From Escherichia coli (GTDB taxonomy: Bacteria; Pseudomonadota; Gammaproteobacteria; Enterobacterales; Enterobacteriaceae): a stretch of 64,000 bases of DNA. The notes under the pieces are model-generated. The model ran no database searches and had not been told where the DNA came from. It saw only the letters and a list, made by a program, of their open reading frames with translations. The translations under genes and the position numbers were made by a program. How positions within the stretch are numbered: position 1 is the first letter of the stretch; the number at the start of each line of letters is the position of its first letter. The DNA lies in NCBI RefSeq assembly GCF_003018235.1, contig NZ_CP027439.1; one strand, written 5' to 3'. Positions 1 through 10,935 of this stretch are shown piece after piece.

Positions 1-1
1 C

Positions 2-1996
2 GGCATACTCAGTGCGCTGGGATACTCCATCAATACCCTGACAATGTTCGGGATGGTGCTGGCCATCGGCCTGCTGGTTGATGACGCCATTGTGGTCGTG
101 GAAAACGTTGAACGCGTAATGGCTGAGGAAGGGCTAAAACCCCGCGCTGCAACACGAAAGTCTATGGAGCAGATCCAGGGGGCGTTGGTCGGCATTGCGC
201 TGGTCTTATCGGCAGTGTTTATTCCTATGGCCTTTTTTGGTGGCAGTACGGGGGTTATCTATCGACAGTTCTCCATTACGATTGTCTCGGCGATGGTGCT
301 GTCAGTGCTTGTTGCCCTCACCCTGACGCCTGCGCTTTGCGCCACTATACTGAAGCCGGTAAAGCCCGGTGAGCATGCCAAAAACCGTGGATTTTTTGGC
401 TGGTTTAACCGCCGTTTCGACGCCAGTAGCTCGCATTATTCACGTGCTGTCGGTCGTATGCTGAACGGAACAGGACGCTACTTAATCATATACGGCGTGA
501 TTGTCCTGGGTATGGCCTGGCTGTTTGCACGTCTGCCAACCGCATTCTTGCCTTCAGAAGATCAGGGCGTATTGGCTACGCAGGCCGTCCTACCCGCAGG
601 CGCGACTCAGGAGCGTTCTCAGCTTATTCTGGATCAGATTAATGACTGGTATCTCAATAAGGAGAAGCAAAACGTTGCTAACGTCCTGACGGTCAATGGT
701 TTTGGGTTCGCCGGTCGCGGGCAGAATATTGGTATTGCCTTTATCGGCCTGAAAGACTGGTCTAAGCGTGAAGGTAGTGAAAACAGCGTTGACGCCATCG
801 CGGCACGCGCTAATGAAGCCTTCTCTAAGCTCATCGATGCGCAAATCGCCGCGTTCAACTTGCCGCCAATTATTGCACTGGGTAACGCAACCGGCTTCGA
901 TTTTGAACTGATTGATCAAGCTGGCCTGGGGCATGAAAAACTCATGGAAGCCCGCAATACCCTGCTCCAGATGGCGCAGCAGCACCCTGACGTATTGATG
1001 GCCGTAAGGCCGAACGGCATGGAAGATACGCCTCAATATCGGATCAATATCGACCAGCAAAAAGCATCAGCACTGGGCGTTTCTCTGGAGGATATTAACA
1101 CCACGCTAAGTACCGCCTGGGCAGGAAGTTACGTCAATGACTTTATGGACAGAGGCAGGGTTAAAAAGGTTTATGTGATGAGCGATGCGTCTTGGCGCAT
1201 GATGCCGGACGATCTCAATAACTGGTACGTTCGCGCCGGTAACGGTAAAATGGTTTCCTTCGCAAGTTTTGCTGACGCTCAGTGGATTTATGGCTCGCCG
1301 CGCCTTGAGCGGTTCAATGGTCTGCCGTCCCTGGAAATACTTGGACAACCTGCACCGGGTCGAAGCTCAGGCGAAGCTATGGCTCTTATGGAGCAGTTAG
1401 CATCGCAGTTACCGAAAGGTATCGGTCACGACTGGACCGGGATGTCATATCAGGAACGCCTGAGTGGTCAGCAGGCTCCGGCGCTTTATGCCCTGTCGTT
1501 GATTATCGTTTTCCTGTGTCTGGCAGCGCTGTATGAAAGCTGGTCTATTCCATTTGCTGTGATGCTGGTAGTACCGCTAGGCGTCGTTGGTGCGTTGCTC
1601 GCAACGACCTTGCGTGGTCTCAATAACGACGTCTATTTCGTTGTCGGCCTGCTTACAACCATCGGTTTATCGGCGAAGAACGCGATCCTGATCGTTGAAT
1701 TTGCCAACGACATGATGGTGAAGGAAGGAAAAGGTCTAATTGAAGCAACGCTTGAGGCAGCACATATGCGTCTGCGCCCGATATTAATGACCTCACTGGC
1801 CTTTATACTCGGGGTTCTGCCACTGGCATTAAGCCGTGGAGCTGGGTCTGGCGCACAGAATGCCGTTGGGACTGGTGTCATTGGTGGGATGGTCGCGGCA
1901 ACGCTGCTGGCGATCTACTTTGTGCCAGTGTTCTTTGTCGTTGTACGCCGTCGTTTTACTGGCAAGCGTGTCAATGATGACGAGGATGATGAGTAA
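2..1996 (+). CDS. RND multidrug efflux permease, AcrB family (5' partial; C-terminal 664 aa)
   Basis: Reading frame runs in from the window start. Translation aligns over its whole length with E. coli AcrB ([34 protein letters not shown] ... [12 protein letters not shown]). Divergence is roughly 70% identity by eye. Confidence 0.9.
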   Translation, partial: GILSALGYSINTLTMFGMVLAIGLLVDDAIVVVENVERVMAEEGLKPRAATRKSMEQIQGALVGIALVLSAVFIPMAFFGGSTGVIYRQFSITIVSAMVLSVLVALTLTPALCATILKPVKPGEHAKNRGFFGWFNRRFDASSSHYSRAVGRMLNGTGRYLIIYGVIVLGMAWLFARLPTAFLPSEDQGVLATQAVLPAGATQERSQLILDQINDWYLNKEKQNVANVLTVNGFGFAGRGQNIGIAFIGLKDWSKREGSENSVDAIAARANEAFSKLIDAQIAAFNLPPIIALGNATGFDFELIDQAGLGHEKLMEARNTLLQMAQQHPDVLMAVRPNGMEDTPQYRINIDQQKASALGVSLEDINTTLSTAWAGSYVNDFMDRGRVKKVYVMSDASWRMMPDDLNNWYVRAGNGKMVSFASFADAQWIYGSPRLERFNGLPSLEILGQPAPGRSSGEAMALMEQLASQLPKGIGHDWTGMSYQERLSGQQAPALYALSLIIVFLCLAALYESWSIPFAVMLVVPLGVVGALLATTLRGLNNDVYFVVGLLTTIGLSAKNAILIVEFANDMMVKEGKGLIEATLEAAHMRLRPILMTSLAFILGVLPLALSRGAGSGAQNAVGTGVIGGMVAATLLAIYFVPVFFVVVRRRFTGKRVNDDEDDE

Positions 1997-1999
1997 TCA

Positions 2000-2955
<956 letters not shown>

Positions 2956-3067
2956 TTAATCATGAGAAGGGTTCATAGACGCAATCATTTTAGCCTCGTT
3001 ACTCTCAATAATCACAGTTGATACACTTCTTCACAGTTAAATTCTCCAATTGCTCAGCAGGTTTATA

Positions 3068-3838
3068 ATGAAGGTTTTAATTGTCGGTGCGACCGGCAGT
3101 ATTGGTCGTCATGTTGTAGAAATGTCGATAGAAATGGGACATCAATCGAAAGCCCTGGTCCGTTCCCCAAAAAAAAGAAAATTGTTGCCACAGGGAATTG
3201 AGATTGTTTATGGCGACGTCTCTGTCCCGGAAACATTGACCGGCATTGGAGATGATATCGATGCCGTTATTTTCACCCTGGGATCAGATGGATTAGGCCG
3301 CATTGGTGCTCGGGCAGTGGACTATGGCGGGGTGAAAAATATTCTTCAACAACTTAAGCATCGGCGAGTCAGAGTTGCGCTGATGACTGCCATCGGCGTG
3401 ACAGAAAGAGAAGGTTCGTATAACCGCCAGACGGAAGCGCATGACTGGAAACGTCGTGCGGAACGCCTGGTTCGTGCCAGCGGTCACCCCTATACCATCG
3501 TCAGGCCTGGTTGGTTTGATTACAACAAACCGAATGAACAACAAATCGTCATGTTACAGGGAGACAGACGTCATTCAGGCACACCGATCGATGGCGTGAT
3601 TTCCCGTAAACAAATAGCCAGAGTACTGGTTAGCGCATTAACAGACGATGATGCTAAGAATAAAACGCTTGAACTCATTGCCGAAAAAGGGAAAGAGCAA
3701 CAGAATCTCACCCCACTTTTCTCAGCCCTGCAACAGGACCGCGCAGATAAAAACGATGGTATTCATGATTTAAACAACATGCCCATGGACTCAGAGCCTG
3801 AGTGCGTTGTTCGTGATCTTAATGCAATGACGCAATAA
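3068..3838 (+). CDS. NAD(P)H-binding NmrA-like/atypical SDR protein
   Basis: GATGSIGRHVV Rossmann motif at the N-terminus. An alternative ATG at 3050 is in frame. Confidence 0.7.
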   Translation: MKVLIVGATGSIGRHVVEMSIEMGHQSKALVRSPKKRKLLPQGIEIVYGDVSVPETLTGIGDDIDAVIFTLGSDGLGRIGARAVDYGGVKNILQQLKHRRVRVALMTAIGVTEREGSYNRQTEAHDWKRRAERLVRASGHPYTIVRPGWFDYNKPNEQQIVMLQGDRRHSGTPIDGVISRKQIARVLVSALTDDDAKNKTLELIAEKGKEQQNLTPLFSALQQDRADKNDGIHDLNNMPMDSEPECVVRDLNAMTQ

Positions 3839-3847
3839 GATAAATAT

Positions 3848-3880
3848 AAAAAAGGCGGTATATTCTACCGCCTTTTTTAA
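3848..3880. terminator. Bidirectional rho-independent terminator
   Basis: aaaaaaggcggtatattctaccgccttttttaa lies between convergent genes. Confidence 0.65.
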
Positions 3881-4936
3881 TTACGCCTTCAATGAGGCCA
3901 TATCGATCACAAAGCGATATTTTACATCACTCTTTAGCATCCGCTGCCAGGCCGTGTTAATATCCGAAATATTAATCAACTCAATATCAGACGTTATCTG
4001 ATGCTTTGCACAGAAATCGATCATTTCCTGTGTCTCCGCAATCCCACCAATGACCGAGCCAGCCACCGATTTTCGTCCTAAAATCAGCGGCGCGCTGTTC
4101 AGCATCGGATTCAAGTCTCCCAGATACCCCACAAGCACCAGTGTTCCGCTCAGCGCCAGCGTCGGAATATAGGGATTCAGATCATGCACATAAGGAACCG
4201 TATCGATAATCAAATCAAACTGGTTATGTGCTTCCTGCATCTGCTTTTCATCGGTTGAAATAACAATATGCGTGGCCCCCAGACGGCGAGCATCGGCCTC
4301 TTTGTTCGGCGAACGACTGAATAACGTGACTTCCGCACCCAGCGCTTTGGCTAATTTTATCGCCATATGCCCCAGACCACCCAACCCAACGACCACAACT
4401 TTGCTGCCCGGGCCAACATTCCAGTGACGAAGCTGTGACCAGGTGGTGATACCCGCGCACAGCAGCGGTGCTGCACCTTTTAAATCCAGCGTATCAGGTA
4501 CTTTGATAACGAATTTTTCGGTGACCACAATCTTGTCCGAATAGCCGCCATAGGTTGGCATATGGTCATGCCTGTCAATGTCGTTATAGGTTAAGGTATT
4601 GCCCTCTTCACAGTACTGCTCCAGCCCCTGCTCACAGGGCTTACAATGCTGGCAGGAGTCCACCATGCAACCTACACCGGCATAGTCGCCCACGCGGAAT
4701 TCGGTCACCGCCTTGCCAATCTGAGTCACTCGGCCAATGATTTCATGCCCCGGCACCATCGGATATTTTACACCGCCCCAGTCATTAAACGCATTGTGGA
4801 TGTCTGAGTGACAAACGCCGCTGTATAAAATCTCGATAACCACATCGTTATCGCGCGGATCGCGGCGAACAAAATTGTGTGGTACTAAATCCTCTTTCGC
4901 GGCAAAAGCGGCATAACCTTTCACATTTAAGGTCAT
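3881..4936 (-). CDS. Zn-dependent NAD(P) alcohol dehydrogenase (YahK/cinnamyl-ADH-like)
   Basis: GVCHSDIH zinc/catalytic motif and GLGGLGH cofactor motif. Start is taken at MTLNVKGYAAF; upstream in-frame ATGs exist. Confidence 0.85.
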   Translation of the reverse strand: MTLNVKGYAAFAAKEDLVPHNFVRRDPRDNDVVIEILYSGVCHSDIHNAFNDWGGVKYPMVPGHEIIGRVTQIGKAVTEFRVGDYAGVGCMVDSCQHCKPCEQGLEQYCEEGNTLTYNDIDRHDHMPTYGGYSDKIVVTEKFVIKVPDTLDLKGAAPLLCAGITTWSQLRHWNVGPGSKVVVVGLGGLGHMAIKLAKALGAEVTLFSRSPNKEADARRLGATHIVISTDEKQMQEAHNQFDLIIDTVPYVHDLNPYIPTLALSGTLVLVGYLGDLNPMLNSAPLILGRKSVAGSVIGGIAETQEMIDFCAKHQITSDIELINISDINTAWQRMLKSDVKYRFVIDMASLKA

Positions 4937-5013
4937 CGTTGAATCTCCGAATAAGAAATGAAACGACATGATGGTCACACGGCGGCCATCATGTCCTTGG
5001 AAGAGTAAGAGGG

Positions 5014-5463
5014 TTATTGCGGGCGTAATTCGCCATATTTATAAGATGCCGTTGCGCCGCCATCAATCAGCAGATCGCTGCCGGTAATGTAGGTACCATT
5101 AGGCCCAAACAGAAACTCTGCCAGCGCACCAATCTCATCCGGCGTGCCTCCCCGCCCTGCCGGCGATTTATCAAGCATATTGCGATAAAACGCACCCCGT
5201 TCTGCGCTATTAAGCTCGTCATAGGCTAGGGGCGTAAAGATGATCCCGGCACTGATGCAGTTAATTCGCGCCCCACGTTTGCCCCACTTCACTGCTTCTG
5301 ACATGACACGGAGTGCATTACAACGCTTGGAAATCTGGTAGGCGTATAAGCTGTCTTCAATATCTTTCATCAGTGGCAACTCGAGCAGTTCCTCCGGCGG
5401 TAACGGGAGGGCAGAATTTTCAAGATGTAGGCGTTTTATTTTATGGTTAATAATCACCGCCAC
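5014..5463 (-). pseudogene. 5'-truncated SDR oxidoreductase fragment, paralog of the 6366..7193 gene
   Basis: Residues from about 17 onward align with the C-terminal ~130 aa of the full-length SDR at 6366..7193 at roughly 85% identity. The N-terminal part and the Rossmann fold are missing. It directly abuts the Tn3 transposase remnant. Confidence 0.7.
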
Positions 5464-5511
5464 TCTTATGGTGAGAGCATAAAAAAGCCCCCACGGGCTT
5501 TATTACTAAAT

Positions 5512-6306
5512 TCAATACAAACAACAAATTATGCTCTTAACGTACGTTTTCGTTCCATTGGCCCTCAGACCCCTCATACGGCTCTCGATGTATTCGTGGC
5601 AATCGGTTGGAATAGCAAAGGGTAACTGGTTATCCCGTAATGATTTGTCAAAATCGCCAGATGGGATCAGATAATCATCGAAATTCCTGTATCGGCGAGA
5701 TCCCTTTACCCAGATGTCACCTGAACGCAAGACTCCCTTCAGCTCATTCAGCACGCAAAATTCGTAATATTTTCGGTCAATGCCGGTGGGAGTGATCACC
5801 ACCTTTCTCCAGCTTTCCGGGATAAACCTGGTTGGCGCGGAAGGTGGTACTTTTCGGAGTTGTTTTCGATACATCTCTCTGACGGTATCAAGCGCGTCAC
5901 TGAGCTGCATTGCGGTAGGTGCAGCCCTGAACTGCAACGCGGACAGCATCCGGGGGGCGTATTTACGCAGCGTACTGTATTTTTCTGTGATTAGATGCAA
6001 CGGGTCGAAGTTGTCCTTACGTGACAGGAGCCGCGTCTCTTCCACACTGTTGATAAATTCCTGCCAGGGAAGGACGTCTTCTATTGCGGCCCAGGGATCT
6101 TCACCGGATTCTCTGGCATTAAGCAATGCCTGCCCGACGGTAACGTATTGCTTCAGCTTACTCTGAATCAGCTTTCCCGTTTGCTGGAGTCGTTCGGCCT
6201 GCGTGCGTTTTGCCCTGCTGAACAGACTGCCCAGAATACGCTCGTGCAGATCAATAACTTCGTCAGTCAGCGTTCTAATGATACTGACGATTAATATAAA
6301 TAACAT
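5512..6306 (-). mobile_element. tnpA: Tn3-family transposase (TnpA) internal remnant
   Basis: The 264-aa ORF matches the middle region of Tn3-family TnpA (…DRKYYEFCVLNELK…SGDIWV.GSRRY…). It has neither the N- nor the C-terminal part, and no Tn3 terminal inverted repeat is recognisable nearby. Confidence 0.7.
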
Positions 6307-6365
6307 AGCCCAGCCAGAAGGCTGGGCTAACAGGAAGGCAGACTATTCACGTGTAGATAGTCTGC

Positions 6366-7193
6366 TTATGGCCTGAGTTCCCCGTATTTATAAGAGGCCG
6401 TCACGCCGCCATCAATCAGAATGTCACTCCCGCTGATATACGTCCCGGCTGGCCCGAAAAGGAGTTCGGCTAATGCACCTATTTCATCCGGGGTTCCACC
6501 TCGTCCGGCTGGCGATTTTTCAAGCATATTCCTGTAAAACTCTCCACGCTCCGGACTCGTTAATTCGTCATAGGCCAGAGGGGTGAAAATAATCCCTGCA
6601 CTGATACAGTTAATGCGCGCTCCGCGTTTACCCCATTTCACGGCTTCCGCCATCACGCGCAGTGCGTTACCACGTTTGGATATTTGATAGGCGTAGAGGC
6701 TGTCATCAATTTCTTTAACGAACGGCAAATCCAGTAATGCCTCAGGTGTCAGCGTGGCTAATGCATCGGCCTGTGACTGGGTCAGGGCATCAACATTCAG
6801 ACGATGACTGGATTGTGAACCGATCACCACAGCGGAGCCTCCGGGGGCAATAACCTTACCAAATTCTTCAAATACGACAGCAGTCCCATATAAATCAACC
6901 CGAAGAATATCTTGGGCTTTGGCCTGTGAGGGGGAGAGCCCCGCTGTATGGATGACGCCTTTTATGTCCCCCAGCTCGGTGGCCGTGCGGACCAGGTTCT
7001 GGACTGACTGTCGGGAACTGACATCAACGACAGCGGTACTGATCGTAAAGCCTGCTTTTGACAGAATTTCTTCGGCTGACTGCGCACTTTCAGCCTTAAT
7101 ATCAGCCAGTAAAATATGCTTACCCACACTGACTCTGCGCGCAATCGCCTGCGCAATTGAGCCACTTCCAATGACCACAATGATCTCTTTCAT
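6366..7193 (-). CDS. Short-chain dehydrogenase/reductase (SDR), full length
   Basis: N-terminal VIGSGSIAQAIA Rossmann motif and a YxxxK catalytic motif (YAYQISK). Confidence 0.85.
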   Translation of the reverse strand: MKEIIVVIGSGSIAQAIARRVSVGKHILLADIKAESAQSAEEILSKAGFTISTAVVDVSSRQSVQNLVRTATELGDIKGVIHTAGLSPSQAKAQDILRVDLYGTAVVFEEFGKVIAPGGSAVVIGSQSSHRLNVDALTQSQADALATLTPEALLDLPFVKEIDDSLYAYQISKRGNALRVMAEAVKWGKRGARINCISAGIIFTPLAYDELTSPERGEFYRNMLEKSPAGRGGTPDEIGALAELLFGPAGTYISGSDILIDGGVTASYKYGELRP

Positions 7194-7259
7194 GCGATGT
7201 TCCTTATTGTCGGTGGATCAGTGCGGCCTGATTACAGGCCGCAATCTCACTGGTTGATA

Positions 7260-8408
7260 CTACAATGCGAGTTTAAGGATTGTGGTTAACACATCCGGGG
7301 TGTAGGTCTCAGCCAGCCCGAACCAGCGGGTATTCCCTTCCAGGTTTTCCAGGATACGGGGAAAGTCTGCCTCCGTTATTCCCAGTTGTGACAGACGAGT
7401 TGGGGTACCAATTTTATCAAACCATTTTTCAAGCGCCAGGATGCCTTGTTCAGCGGTTTTCAAACCGAACAGATGCTGCGCAAAACGCTCAAACTGAGAA
7501 GGATTCTGGCTGTGGTACCACTTCATCCATGCAGGCATTACAACGGATAACCCTGCACCATGGGGAACATTAAAGAGGGCTGACAGAGAATGCTCAATCA
7601 TGTGATTAGGGTAGCTGAATCCTGACGTTCCGGCATAGATCAGGCCATTAAGTGCCAGCGTTGCTGCCCATGCAAATTCCGCCCGGGCGTTGTAGTCGCC
7701 CGCATCTGCCAGCAACATTTCCGTCGTCTCCATGACCGTTGCGATAACCGATTCAACCAGACGTGACTGGATTTTCGGCTGCACCGCTGCTGTGAAATAA
7801 CCTTCAATGGAATGGGCGATAATGTCCGCTGCCGAATAGACAAGATAGTCCCGGGAGACCGTCTGCATCAGTGCCGGGTTCACAACGGAGACTTTCGGAA
7901 ACGTATGCACGGAATGCAGAGCAAATTTTTCCAGCGTGGCGTCATTGGTGACAACGGCACCACCGTTCATCTCACTGCCGGTCGCGGCAAGAGTCAGAAC
8001 AGAAAACACGGGTAAGGCAGCTTCGATTTGTCCTTTACCGATAAACAAATCCCAGACGTCGTTCTCATAAAGTGCGCCTGCCGCGACAGATTTCGCACTA
8101 TCCAGTACAGAACCGCCGCCCACGCTTAAAATGGCATCAACCTGGTGAGCACGCGCCAGCTGAATACCTTCTCTGACCTTAGAAATCAGCGGGTTGCTGA
8201 CTATCCCGCCAAACTCTACATACTGAATGCCGTGCTTTGTCAGGCTGTCGCTGATAGTGCTGAACAAACCATCTCGCTTGATGCGGTCACTGCCAAACGC
8301 CAGCAGAACTTTACTGACTTTCTGCTCTGCTAGGATCTGGCCGATCAGCTTTTCTTTGTCTGCACCAAATTCAATTCGGGTCGGGTTATAAAAACTGAAA
8401 TTATCCAT
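7260..8408 (-). CDS. Iron-containing (group III) alcohol dehydrogenase
   Basis: Fe-ADH family signature (GGGSVLD…, histidine-rich metal site). 382 aa. Confidence 0.85.
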   Translation of the reverse strand: MDNFSFYNPTRIEFGADKEKLIGQILAEQKVSKVLLAFGSDRIKRDGLFSTISDSLTKHGIQYVEFGGIVSNPLISKVREGIQLARAHQVDAILSVGGGSVLDSAKSVAAGALYENDVWDLFIGKGQIEAALPVFSVLTLAATGSEMNGGAVVTNDATLEKFALHSVHTFPKVSVVNPALMQTVSRDYLVYSAADIIAHSIEGYFTAAVQPKIQSRLVESVIATVMETTEMLLADAGDYNARAEFAWAATLALNGLIYAGTSGFSYPNHMIEHSLSALFNVPHGAGLSVVMPAWMKWYHSQNPSQFERFAQHLFGLKTAEQGILALEKWFDKIGTPTRLSQLGITEADFPRILENLEGNTRWFGLAETYTPDVLTTILKLAL

Positions 8409-8541
8409 CAGTCACCTCTGTGAAATTAAGTCTGTGAATGCTGTTCTGTGTAACAACACTATAAGCAACTGACTCACAACCAACCAGATGGTAATATGAT
8501 GAATCAGTTACAACTAAATGATGTAAATAAGAGTACTGCTC

Positions 8542-9498
8542 ATGATTAATGAACTGCGTTCAGTGACCACCTTTATCCGGACTGTTGAGCTGGGAAGTCT
8601 GAGTAAAGCTGCTGAAGCCCAGCAAATATCACCTCAGGCGGCGAGTAAGGCCTTAAAGCAACTCGAAAGCTCTCTGGGCGTGAGGCTGTTTCACCGCACA
8701 ACACGGAGTATGTCGCTCACTGAGGAAGGGCAACGGTTTCTCGAAGCAGCCAAACCAGCACTGACCGGGTTACAGCAGGCTTTTGCTTCTGTCCGGCAGA
8801 CGCGGGAGGGGTTTTCCGGGCCATTGCGCATAGTGGCTCCGCGTTCTGTTGTACAGCATATTATTCACCCTGTGCTGATTGAATATTGTCGGCTTTACCC
8901 GGAAGTTCAGCCTGATGTCCAGCTTGATGACGGGGTGGATAACTGGGTTGAGAAGCGCGTGGATGTTGGTTTTCGGATTGCTGTTTCACCGCAGGATGGG
9001 CTGATTGCCAGACGCCTGTTTCCGTTGCAACTGATTATATGCGCATCGCCTGCATATCTTCGCAAATATGGTATGCCGAAATCACTGCATGACCTCAGTA
9101 ATCACCGCTGTAATACATTTCGACATGCCGCAACCGGGCGATTACTTCCCTGGACTGTGAAGGAAGGAGACAACATACAGGAGCACTATGTTAAGCCTGC
9201 CATGTCGACAAATGATGAGATGCTGGAATTACATGCCGTCCTTGCCGGAGAAGTTATTGCTCAGGTTGCAGCACCGACAGCAGCGCAATACATACGATCA
9301 GGTCAGCTTGTGCCACTGTTACTGGAGAATATCGCTGATGTCCACAGCCTGTTTCTCTATTATGGGAGCCGGGTCGCTCAGCCACTTCGTATTCGCCGTT
9401 TTATTGACCTTGCTGTTGAGCGCCTGGCCAGTAGAAAGGGCTTTGTTTTTTCCTCAGAAGAACTGAGACAGGCACATATTGAAGGTATTGCAATGTAA
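8542..9498 (+). CDS. LysR-family transcriptional regulator
   Basis: HTH plus LysR substrate domain. Divergent from the Fe-ADH/SDR operon. Paralogous to 12146..13105. Confidence 0.9.
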   Translation: MINELRSVTTFIRTVELGSLSKAAEAQQISPQAASKALKQLESSLGVRLFHRTTRSMSLTEEGQRFLEAAKPALTGLQQAFASVRQTREGFSGPLRIVAPRSVVQHIIHPVLIEYCRLYPEVQPDVQLDDGVDNWVEKRVDVGFRIAVSPQDGLIARRLFPLQLIICASPAYLRKYGMPKSLHDLSNHRCNTFRHAATGRLLPWTVKEGDNIQEHYVKPAMSTNDEMLELHAVLAGEVIAQVAAPTAAQYIRSGQLVPLLLENIADVHSLFLYYGSRVAQPLRIRRFIDLAVERLASRKGFVFSSEELRQAHIEGIAM

Positions 9499-9717
9499 CA
9501 GTACTGTTCTTCCCGGTATCGAAGTTAATACCTTCAATAAATCCATCACACTGGATGACTTTCTCCCAGATGCACTTCCCTCTCTCACACACAACTCGTT
9601 TGTATAATGTTGCGTGGTGCGAGGGACATCTGCTCCCGCAGCGACCGGAAACATCCCTGCCGTCAGGCAGAGAGCGAGGGACGCTGCCAGACCCTGCATT
9701 TTTTTGTCTATTTTCAT
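9454..9717 (-). CDS. Hypothetical small secreted protein (signal peptide-like N-terminus)
   Basis: MKIDKKMQGLAASLALCLTAGMFPVAAGADV looks like a signal peptide. The ORF overlaps the convergent LysR 3' end by 45 bp, which weakens the call. Confidence 0.25.
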   Translation of the reverse strand: MKIDKKMQGLAASLALCLTAGMFPVAAGADVPRTTQHYTNELCVREGSASGRKSSSVMDLLKVLTSIPGRTVLLHCNTFNMCLSQFF

Positions 9718-9823
9718 ACAGATTTCCTGATACAGGAACGCCCGATTCCTGTCTGTGAATACGTCATGCCAACGAACAGAGAAAAACGGCCCCTGTACGG
9801 AGCCGTTAGCATGGTAAAACAGG

Positions 9824-10600
9824 TTATGACAGGTTACCGGCGTAGACCTGTGTCTGGCCGCCGTCGATGGTAAGATTTATACCGTTGATAAAACTGCTGG
9901 CGTCGGATGCCAGGAACACGACGCCGTCCCCGATCTCATCAGCACGACCAACACGTCCGACGGGGATCTCCGCTGCACATTTGGCGGCGAAGGCTTCAAC
10001 CTCCTCCGGGGTCATACCCTGCACGGTTTCATAGCCTTCAGTCGGGATAGCCCCTGGACTGATAACATTCACGCGGATATTGCGTGTCTTGAGCTCAGTG
10101 GTCCAGACTCGCGCCATGCCGATAACTGCCGCTTTGGTCGCGGCGTAAGTCGTGTATTCCGGCAGACCAATAAAGGCGGTCATGGAGGACGTCAGAATGA
10201 TTGAACCGCCAGCATTCATAATGGGCAGCATGGCTTGTACGGTGAATAACTGCCCCTTAAGGTTGATGTTCAGCATGTTGTCGAAAAACTCTTCGCTCAC
10301 GTCCTCTAGTTTCTTGCCTATGTAGTAGCCGGCATTAGAGAAAATGATGTCCAGATGACCTTTTTCCAGCTGAATGACTGAGGCGACATTCACCATGTCT
10401 TCCTTGCGGGAGACATCGGCAACGATGGCACGGGCATTTGGGCCAATCTGTTTAATCGCCTCATCCAGGACGTCCTGGCGGCGGCCCACTATATAGACAA
10501 AAGCACCTTCTTCAGCAAGGCGCTTTGCGCCCCCCAGACCGAGTCCCGTTCCGCCACCCGTGACCAGTGCCACTTTACCTTTTAACGTTTGAACCGACAT
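9824..10600 (-). CDS. SDR-family oxidoreductase (glucose-1-dehydrogenase-like)
   Basis: GKVALVTGGGTGLG Rossmann motif and an SDR catalytic tetrad region. Confidence 0.9.
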   Translation of the reverse strand: MSVQTLKGKVALVTGGGTGLGLGGAKRLAEEGAFVYIVGRRQDVLDEAIKQIGPNARAIVADVSRKEDMVNVASVIQLEKGHLDIIFSNAGYYIGKKLEDVSEEFFDNMLNINLKGQLFTVQAMLPIMNAGGSIILTSSMTAFIGLPEYTTYAATKAAVIGMARVWTTELKTRNIRVNVISPGAIPTEGYETVQGMTPEEVEAFAAKCAAEIPVGRVGRADEIGDGVVFLASDASSFINGINLTIDGGQTQVYAGNLS

Positions 10601-10630
10601 AAATATTCCTCTGTTTGTAATACAGGTGGC

Positions 10631-10924
10631 TTACGCGATCGTCTGCACGACGCTCATGCAGGAGAGATCGATAATGTCTTTGATTTTCTCTCCGAGGGCC
10701 AGATGATCAGGGGCGCGCATATAGCGCTCCCAGTCCTCCCGGGAATCGAACTCGGCAATCAGCACCACTGCCTGGGTTTCTGACCAGTCGAGTGTCTTTT
10801 CAACGCTGAAGGCTTTGATCCTCGGGACGATGGAGGGCAATTGGCGAAGGATGTCCACTACAGCAGACAGCTCGGCCTCAGTCTTACCTGGATATGTTTT
10901 GCCTATGAAAATATGTTTCAACAT
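10631..10924 (-). CDS. Dabb (stress-responsive dimeric alpha/beta barrel) protein
   Basis: 97-aa protein with a Dabb-like pattern. Co-oriented with the SDR and ADH genes in an apparent operon. Confidence 0.7.
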   Translation of the reverse strand: MLKHIFIGKTYPGKTEAELSAVVDILRQLPSIVPRIKAFSVEKTLDWSETQAVVLIAEFDSREDWERYMRAPDHLALGEKIKDIIDLSCMSVVQTIA

Positions 10925-10935
10925 TCGGGGCTCCT

